From Myxococcota bacterium (lineage in GTDB: Bacteria; Myxococcota_A; UBA9160; PR03), in assembly GCA_041611735.1 (NCBI GenBank), contig JBFIML010000021.1, positions 1 to 64,000 on the forward strand: 64,000 bases of DNA, read 5' to 3'. Positions 58,598 through 64,000 of the stretch are shown here, in pieces. Under the pieces are notes generated by a model, which saw only the letters and a list, made by a program, of their open reading frames with translations, ran no database searches and was not told the origin of the DNA. Numbering within the stretch: the stretch's first letter is position 1; the number at the start of each line of letters is the position of its first letter. Both the position numbers and the translations under genes were made by a program.

Positions 58598-60421
58598 TCA
58601 AGGGGGTGGCGACGCCGGCAGGGCATCCCACAGCCAGGGCGTCGCGTCCACCACCCGCAGGGCGTCGGGCCCCAGGGCCACCAGGTGACGTCCCCAGACG
58701 CCGAGGCGGGAACGGGCGTCCACGTCCACGGACTCGATCACGCGACCCTCGCGGGGATCGAACACCGCGAGCCCCCGCTCGCCCAGCAGGAACACGCGGC
58801 CACCCAGCACCGCCGCGTCGCGCACCTCCCCGGTCGCGCGCCGGGTCGCTCGAGCCAGGGGACGCGGTGCCTCGGGCCGCGTCACGTCGAAGCTGGCCAC
58901 GCCGAGGGCGCCCACCACCACCGCGATGCCACCCCCCAGGCGAACGACGTGCGGCTCGAAGCCGCGCCCCAAGCGCTGGCGAGCGGGGCGACGTCCGCGG
59001 CGCAGGTCGTCGGGCGTCGTCAGGTAGAGCGTCGCCGCGTCCGCGAAGGCCAGCTGCGACCCGTCCACGGCCAGGTCGCGCACGGCATACGGAAACAACG
59101 GCTCGGGGCGGCCTTCCCCCTCGGACGGAAGGCGCAGCAGGCCGTGGCTGCTGGCCACGAACAGATCGCCGGCGAGGGCCTGGACGGAACGTACCCTGCC
59201 GATCCGGTCGCGCTCCCAGTGGCGCAGGCGCCTCGGCTCGGCCTCGGCCAGGGAGACCAGCTCGAGGCCGCCCTCCCCGAAGACGGCCGCCTGCCCGATC
59301 AGGTCCCGCACGCCGTCGAAGCGGGCCAGATCCCGGGGTCGCCGGTACTCCGCCACCCGGCGCGGGTCGGCCGGGTCGGTGAGATCGAGCACCTGGAAGC
59401 GCCCGTCCGAGAAGAGGGCGAGCGCGCGCCCCCCGCGCAGGTCCGCGTCCTCGGCGTCGCCGGGCAGGGACGCCCCGCCGCGGCGCACCGCGTCGGTCCG
59501 CCAACGTGCCACCGGGACGAAGAAGCCCGACCAGAAGACGGGCCCGCGTACGCCAAACAGGATCGAGTCCCCGTTGCGTCGCTCGCCGTGACTGTCGCGG
59601 AAGGCGAAGACCTCGGACCAGATCGGCTCCGGGTCACCGGAACGGGTGAGGGTCACGGTGATGCGCGCAAGAACGCCGGGAGGCACCACGTGCCCGCTCT
59701 CGAAGCCGCTCTCCACCGGGTGCTCCTCGTGGTGGAGGGTCAGGATCCCGTCCAGACCCGGGGGCGGATCGGCACCGGGCGGGATCGTCACCAGGGGCAG
59801 ACCCCCTTCCTCCCAGGCCCGTTCCGCGTACTGGCGCAGGAGGGCGGCGAGTCGCTCGCCCCCGGAGTGCGAGGGATGCATTTCGACGCGTAGACCCACC
59901 CGGGCGAGGCGGGTGCCCTGGGCGAGCGCGGGAAGCGCCAGGGAGCGACGCGCCTCCGCCACGAAGTCGCTGTCCGCATGCCGCTCCACGAACCCGGCCA
60001 GCGCGTCGGGTCGCTCCGCAAAGCCCCGCTCGCGTAGATAGACGGCGTTGCCCCGGGCACGGGCGGCGTGCACGCCGTCCGGGAAGCGGGCGAGATACGC
60101 CTCGTAGGCCGCGTCCGTGCCCTTTCGGCGGGCTGCCTCGAAGACCGTGGTCTCGACCAGCGCCCCGAGCTCCGCCAGATGTGCGCTCTCCGGGAAGTCC
60201 CGGCGGAAGGCGTCGAGCTCGGCGAGGTCGGGGCGCGCCCGGAGCTGGAGGTACGCGAGGCGCTCCCGAGCCGTGGCAGTGTGGGACGAATCCGGATGCT
60301 CGCGCAGGAAGCGCAGATAGGCGGCGGGGCTGTCCTGCGTCCGCACGCGAGCCCACTCCCCCCCCAGGCAGGCGGCGAGCAGGCAGGCGGGGACCAGGGC
60401 GACGACCCAGGGGGTGCGCAT
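58598..60421 (-). CDS. Lipoprotein with N-terminal helical repeats and a C-terminal LVIVD-like beta-propeller
   Basis: Lipobox LAAC. Four related repeats (AYLRFLREHPDS, LDAFRRDFPES, AYEAYLARFPDG, LAGFVERHADS), then FQVLDLTDPADP and VASFDVTRPEAP. Confidence 0.75.
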   Translation of the reverse strand: MRTPWVVALVPACLLAACLGGEWARVRTQDSPAAYLRFLREHPDSSHTATARERLAYLQLRARPDLAELDAFRRDFPESAHLAELGALVETTVFEAARRKGTDAAYEAYLARFPDGVHAARARGNAVYLRERGFAERPDALAGFVERHADSDFVAEARRSLALPALAQGTRLARVGLRVEMHPSHSGGERLAALLRQYAERAWEEGGLPLVTIPPGADPPPGLDGILTLHHEEHPVESGFESGHVVPPGVLARITVTLTRSGDPEPIWSEVFAFRDSHGERRNGDSILFGVRGPVFWSGFFVPVARWRTDAVRRGGASLPGDAEDADLRGGRALALFSDGRFQVLDLTDPADPRRVAEYRRPRDLARFDGVRDLIGQAAVFGEGGLELVSLAEAEPRRLRHWERDRIGRVRSVQALAGDLFVASSHGLLRLPSEGEGRPEPLFPYAVRDLAVDGSQLAFADAATLYLTTPDDLRRGRRPARQRLGRGFEPHVVRLGGGIAVVVGALGVASFDVTRPEAPRPLARATRRATGEVRDAAVLGGRVFLLGERGLAVFDPREGRVIESVDVDARSRLGVWGRHLVALGPDALRVVDATPWLWDALPASPPP

Positions 60422-60446
60422 GAGGGGCTCCGGGGCTTTCGATCTC

Positions 60447-60474
60447 GGATCGGCCCCCTCGAGAGCGCCCTTGA
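60447..60474 (-). promoter_or_regulatory. Sigma28/FliA-type promoter upstream of the LVIVD-like lipoprotein
   Basis: TCAAG-N15-GCCGATCC on the minus strand, about 25 nt before the ATG. Confidence 0.65.
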
Positions 60475-60486
60475 GGGGCGCCTCGC

Positions 60487-60514
60487 TTGCGGCCCGCCCG
60501 AGCCTGCCTACCCT
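60487..60514 (+). promoter_or_regulatory. Candidate sigma70-type promoter of the pfkB-HAD-reductase unit
   Basis: TTGCGG-N16-TACCCT. Confidence 0.4.
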
Positions 60515-60570
60515 CTGCGGGTGTCCCCCGCCGCCCTTTCCGGTCCACTCCTCGGGGCGGCCGCGGGCCC

Positions 60571-61500
60571 GTGATCGTCACCGTCACCGCCAACGCCGCC
60601 ATCGATCGCACCCTGCACGTAGCGCAGCTGCGCCCGGGCAGGCGCCAGCAGGTCTTGCGCGACCATGCTCAGGCGGGCGGCAAAGGGCTCAACGTGGCCC
60701 GGGTGCTGCGCGCCCTGGGCGAGCCCGTGCGGGCCATCGTGGTGGTCGGAGGCGCCCCGGGCGCGTGGATCCTGGAGGACCTGGCCCGGAGCGGGCTCGA
60801 GGCGAGCCCCGTGTGGGCGGGCGGGGAATCCCGCACCTGTCTCGAGATCGTGGACGCCGCGGGCCAGGTGACCCAGCTCCACGGAGCGGGCGTGGCGGCG
60901 GACGCCCACGTTGCCGAGGCATTGCTGGGCGACACGGACCAGCACCTGGCGGGCGCCGCCTGGCTCGCCCTGTGCGGCAGCCTCGCCCCGGGGCTTCCCG
61001 ACGACACCTATGCGCGGCTCGTCGAGCGGGCGCACCGACGCGGCGTGGCCGTCGCCGTGGACACGAGCGGCGCCGCCCTGGCGGCGGCCTGGCGGGCGGG
61101 TCCCGACCTGGTGCGGGTGAACCGCGAGGAGGCGGCGCAAGCGCTCGGTCTCGACCCCATGCGGCTCGACCTGGCCACGGCCGGACGGACGGGCTCGTGC
61201 AGACTGGTGGTGATCTCCGACGGGCCCCGGCCCGTGCTGGCGCGGAGCGCCGACGGGATGTGCTGGCGCGCAGATCCCCCGGCCATCGTGGCGCGCAACC
61301 CGGTGGGATGCGGCGATGCCATGCTGGCCGGACTGCTCCACGCGCGCAGCGCCGGGCGCAGCGTGGCGGACGCCCTGCGCACCGGCGTCGCACTCGGCGC
61401 CGCGGATGCGGAGGCGGAAGCGGCGGGCTGCGCCGACCCCCGCCGCGCCCGGACCCTGGAGGCCTGCGTGCGCGTCGCCCGGCGCGAGGAGGCGGCGTGA
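60571..61500 (+). CDS. 1-phosphofructokinase/tagatose-6-phosphate kinase family (PfkB) sugar kinase
   Basis: IVTVTANAAIDRT, AGGKGLNVA, GSLAPG, VDTSG, NREE, NPVGCGDAM. Confidence 0.9.
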   Translation: MIVTVTANAAIDRTLHVAQLRPGRRQQVLRDHAQAGGKGLNVARVLRALGEPVRAIVVVGGAPGAWILEDLARSGLEASPVWAGGESRTCLEIVDAAGQVTQLHGAGVAADAHVAEALLGDTDQHLAGAAWLALCGSLAPGLPDDTYARLVERAHRRGVAVAVDTSGAALAAAWRAGPDLVRVNREEAAQALGLDPMRLDLATAGRTGSCRLVVISDGPRPVLARSADGMCWRADPPAIVARNPVGCGDAMLAGLLHARSAGRSVADALRTGVALGAADAEAEAAGCADPRRARTLEACVRVARREEAA

Positions 61501-62222
61501 TCGAGGCCGTGATCTTCGACATGGACGGGCTCCTGATCGACTCGGAGCCGCTCTGGCAGCGCGCGGAGATGGAGGTCTTCCGCGATGTGGGCGTGGCGCT
61601 TGGGCGCAACGACTGCCTGCAGACCCGGGGACTCAAGATCGAGGAGGTGGTGGACTACTGGTGGACGCGCCGTCCCTGGCGAGGAGCCTCGCGCGCGAAC
61701 GTGCGCCAGCGCATCGTCGCGCGCCTGATCGAGATGGTGCGCCGCGAGGGAGCGCCCAAGCCGGGGGTCGAAGCGGTACTCGCCTTCTTCCGGGCCCGGG
61801 ACCTTCCGCTGGGCCTGGCCTCCTCCTCCCACTACGTGGTGATCGAGGCCGTGCTGGAGCGCCTGGGGATCGCTGCGGCCTTCCGGGCCATCCACTCGGC
61901 GCAGGATGAGCGGCTGGGCAAGCCGCACCCGGACGTCTATCGGAGCGCCGCCGGAAAGCTCGGCGTGGAGCCGGCGCACTGCCTGGCCTTCGAGGACTCG
62001 CTCGCCGGCGTGCGGGCGGCGAAGGCGGCGGGAATGCGCTGCGTGGCCGTGCCGGAGACGCCCACGCAGGAGACCCCCGCGCTCGCCGAGGAGCGGCCGC
62101 AACTCGGGATCGCCGACCTGGTGCTCGACTCCCTGGCCGAGTTCGAAGCGGAGCACTGGGCGCGACTCGTGGCCGGACACACCGGCGCTCCGGCGGCTCC
62201 TGGCCCCGAGCCCGGGCGATGA
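61497..62222 (+). CDS. HAD-family hexitol/2-deoxyglucose-6-phosphate phosphatase (HxpB/YniC-like)
   Basis: AVIFDMDGLLIDSEPLW, LASSS, GKPHPDVY, FEDSLAG. GTG overlaps the kinase stop. Confidence 0.9.
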   Translation: MIEAVIFDMDGLLIDSEPLWQRAEMEVFRDVGVALGRNDCLQTRGLKIEEVVDYWWTRRPWRGASRANVRQRIVARLIEMVRREGAPKPGVEAVLAFFRARDLPLGLASSSHYVVIEAVLERLGIAAAFRAIHSAQDERLGKPHPDVYRSAAGKLGVEPAHCLAFEDSLAGVRAAKAAGMRCVAVPETPTQETPALAEERPQLGIADLVLDSLAEFEAEHWARLVAGHTGAPAAPGPEPGR

Positions 62223-63436
62223 GGACGGTGGTCGTGGTGGGTGCCTCGCTGGCGGGGCTGCGCGCCGCCGAGGCGCTGCGGCGCCGGGGCTACGACGGGC
62301 GCCTGGTGCTCGTCGGGGAGGAGCCTCACCTCCCGTACGACCGCCCGCCCCTCTCCAAGGAGATCCTGCGTGGCGAGTGGGAGGTGGACCGCCTGGCGCT
62401 GCGACGCCAGGGGCTCGACGACCTCGCCCTGGACCTGCGGCTCGGGCGCCGTGCGGAGCGCCTGGACCTGGACGCCCGCGCCGTCGTCCTGGACGGCGGC
62501 GACCTCCTGCCCTTCGACGGACTCGTGATCGCCACGGGCGCCCGGCCCCGCCCCCTGCCCGCCGCTCCGCCCCAGGACGGCATCCACCTGCTGCGCACCC
62601 TGGACGACGCGCTGGCGATCCGCTCCGCCCTGGACGAGAGCCCGCGCGTGGCGGTGGTGGGGGCGGGTTTCATCGGGGCGGAGGTGGCGGCCTCCTGCCG
62701 CCGCCGCGGTCTGGCGGTGGCGATGATCGAGGCCCTGCCCGTGCCCTTCGAGCCCGCCGTGGGGAAGGAGATGGGGGAGCTCTGCGCGGCCCTGCACCGG
62801 GACCAGGGCGTGGACCTGCGCTGTGGCGTGCCCGTGGCCGCCCTCGAGGGCGAGGGCCGGGTCGAGGGCGTCGTGCTCGCCGACGGCAGCCGCGTGGCCG
62901 CGGACCTCGTCGTGGTGGGAATCGGCGTGACGCCCGCCACCCAGTGGCTCGCGTCCTCGGGCCTCGAGCTCGACGACGGGGTCGTGTGCGACGCCACCTG
63001 CGCCACCCGGGCGCCGCACGTGGTGGCGGCGGGAGACGTGGCTCGCTGGTACAACCCGCTCTACCAGGAGCCCATGCGGGTCGAGCACTGGACCCACGCG
63101 GTCGAGCAGGCGGCGGCCGCGGCCCAGCGCCTGCTGGACGGACCCGGCGCCCCGGGCTTCGCGCCAGCGCCGCTGTTCTGGTCGGATCAGTACGACGTCA
63201 AGCTGCAGTTCGCCGGCCGCTACCGACCCGGGGACGAGGTCCGCATCGTCGAGGGAAGTCCCACCGAGCGCCGCTTCGTGGCCCTCTACGGGCGGCAGGG
63301 GCATCTGGTGGGGGCCTTCGCCATGAACAGGCCGCGCCAGCTGGTGGGCTGGCGACGCCGCATCCGGGAGGGGGTCTCCTGGCAGCAGGCCCTGGCCGAG
63401 GCGGAGTCCGGACCCCCCCGGCCTACTTCGGCGTAA
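62219..63436 (+). CDS. NAD(P)H:ferredoxin reductase-like flavoprotein
   Basis: VVGASLAG, PYDRPPLSK, IATGA, VVGAGFIGAE, AAGD, RVEHW, FWSDQY. Confidence 0.9.
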   Translation: MRTVVVVGASLAGLRAAEALRRRGYDGRLVLVGEEPHLPYDRPPLSKEILRGEWEVDRLALRRQGLDDLALDLRLGRRAERLDLDARAVVLDGGDLLPFDGLVIATGARPRPLPAAPPQDGIHLLRTLDDALAIRSALDESPRVAVVGAGFIGAEVAASCRRRGLAVAMIEALPVPFEPAVGKEMGELCAALHRDQGVDLRCGVPVAALEGEGRVEGVVLADGSRVAADLVVVGIGVTPATQWLASSGLELDDGVVCDATCATRAPHVVAAGDVARWYNPLYQEPMRVEHWTHAVEQAAAAAQRLLDGPGAPGFAPAPLFWSDQYDVKLQFAGRYRPGDEVRIVEGSPTERRFVALYGRQGHLVGAFAMNRPRQLVGWRRRIREGVSWQQALAEAESGPPRPTSA

Positions 63437-63998
63437 GCCCCTCCAGGCGCTCCACCGCCTCCAGGTACTCCTCCACCAGACCGACGATCACCTCCCGGAC
63501 GGGCCGGACCTCGTTCATGGTCCCGACGATCTGGCCCACGGGATTGAAGTTCACGTCGTGGGCCTGCTTGGGATAGCGGTGGCCGCGCACCACGGCCTCT
63601 GCCGTCACCATGAACTGGAGCGGCATGCCCAGGGGCTTGGGGCTGTCGGGGCGCTCCCAGGCCTCGGTCCATGCGTTGCGCAGCATGCGACAGGGCTTCC
63701 CCGTCCACGAGCGCGACCGCACCGTGTCGCGGCTGCTGGCCGCCAGGTAGGACGCCTTCTGGGCCGGCGGGACGTCCGCCTCCTCCACCGTCAGCCAGAT
63801 GGAGCCCGTCCACACCCCCTGGGCGCCCAGGGCCAGGGCCGCCGCGATCTGGCGTCCGTGGCCGATGCCCCCGGCGGCCAGCACCGGCGTGGGCGCCACC
63901 GCGTCGATCACCTCGGGCCACAGGACGATGCTGCCCACGTCTCCGGTGTGCCCGCCCCCCTCGCTGCCCTGGGCGATGATCAGGTCGATCCCCGCCTT
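63423..63998 (-). CDS. Nitronate monooxygenase/FabK-like flavoprotein; 5' end outside the window
   Basis: IIAQGSEGGGHTG, PVLAAGGIGHG, ALALGAQGVWTGS, VGQIVG. Confidence 0.88.
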   Translation of the reverse strand, partial: KAGIDLIIAQGSEGGGHTGDVGSIVLWPEVIDAVAPTPVLAAGGIGHGRQIAAALALGAQGVWTGSIWLTVEEADVPPAQKASYLAASSRDTVRSRSWTGKPCRMLRNAWTEAWERPDSPKPLGMPLQFMVTAEAVVRGHRYPKQAHDVNFNPVGQIVGTMNEVRPVREVIVGLVEEYLEAVERLEGLTPK

Positions 63999-64000
63999 CT

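Noticed and set aside
51658-58626. 903-aa and 1352-aa antisense ORFs and a 1053-aa alternate-frame ORF over the C25 gene
   Set aside because: Shadow ORFs. The 51508 frame holds all recognisable motifs.
1-64000. CRISPR arrays, tRNA/rRNA, IS elements, prophage or defence systems
   Set aside because: No regularly spaced direct repeats, cloverleafs, transposase/integrase motifs or phage genes were recognised. UDG, dUTPase and RuvABC here are ordinary repair genes.

Overview
GC-rich (roughly 70-75%) chromosomal window from a Gram-negative bacterium. Myxococcota/deltaproteobacterial affinity is inferred from a TIGR02266-like PilZ, a giant TPR solenoid, NtrYX with intact GAFTGA and a MYXO-CTERM-like tail. 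Bases 1-25.5 kb are one tightly packed minus-strand housekeeping run: ntrY-ntrX-rimI-pyrK-pyrD, rimP-nusA-infB-DUF503-rbfA-truB-rpsO-pnp-dut-cdsA-purB-purS-purC-purQ-purL-purF, then a GS-like gamma-glutamyl ligase and a C26 hydrolase. The rest mixes core genes (lpxC, yebC-ruvCAB, UDG, purE, aroE, rplX-rpmG-ferredoxin) with large accessory genes. The accessory genes are a 2634-aa TPR protein plus PilZ, a membrane-anchored Ser/Thr kinase with 13-residue repeats, a lid-less Hsp70 plus J protein, a redoxin-multiheme cytochrome lipoprotein, a 2059-aa gingipain (C25)-like surface protein and an LVIVD-like lipoprotein. The most notable hidden signal is a sigma28/FliA-type promoter motif (YTCAAN-N15-NNCGAT). 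It sits, correctly oriented, upstream of four of these non-flagellar accessory units, with a near-match upstream of a fifth, suggesting a dispersed lifestyle regulon. Also notable are a sigma54/IHF promoter on lpxC and an rplX located outside the spc operon. No rRNA, tRNA, CRISPR array or mobile element was recognised. All functional calls come from motif recognition by eye; no database searches were run.
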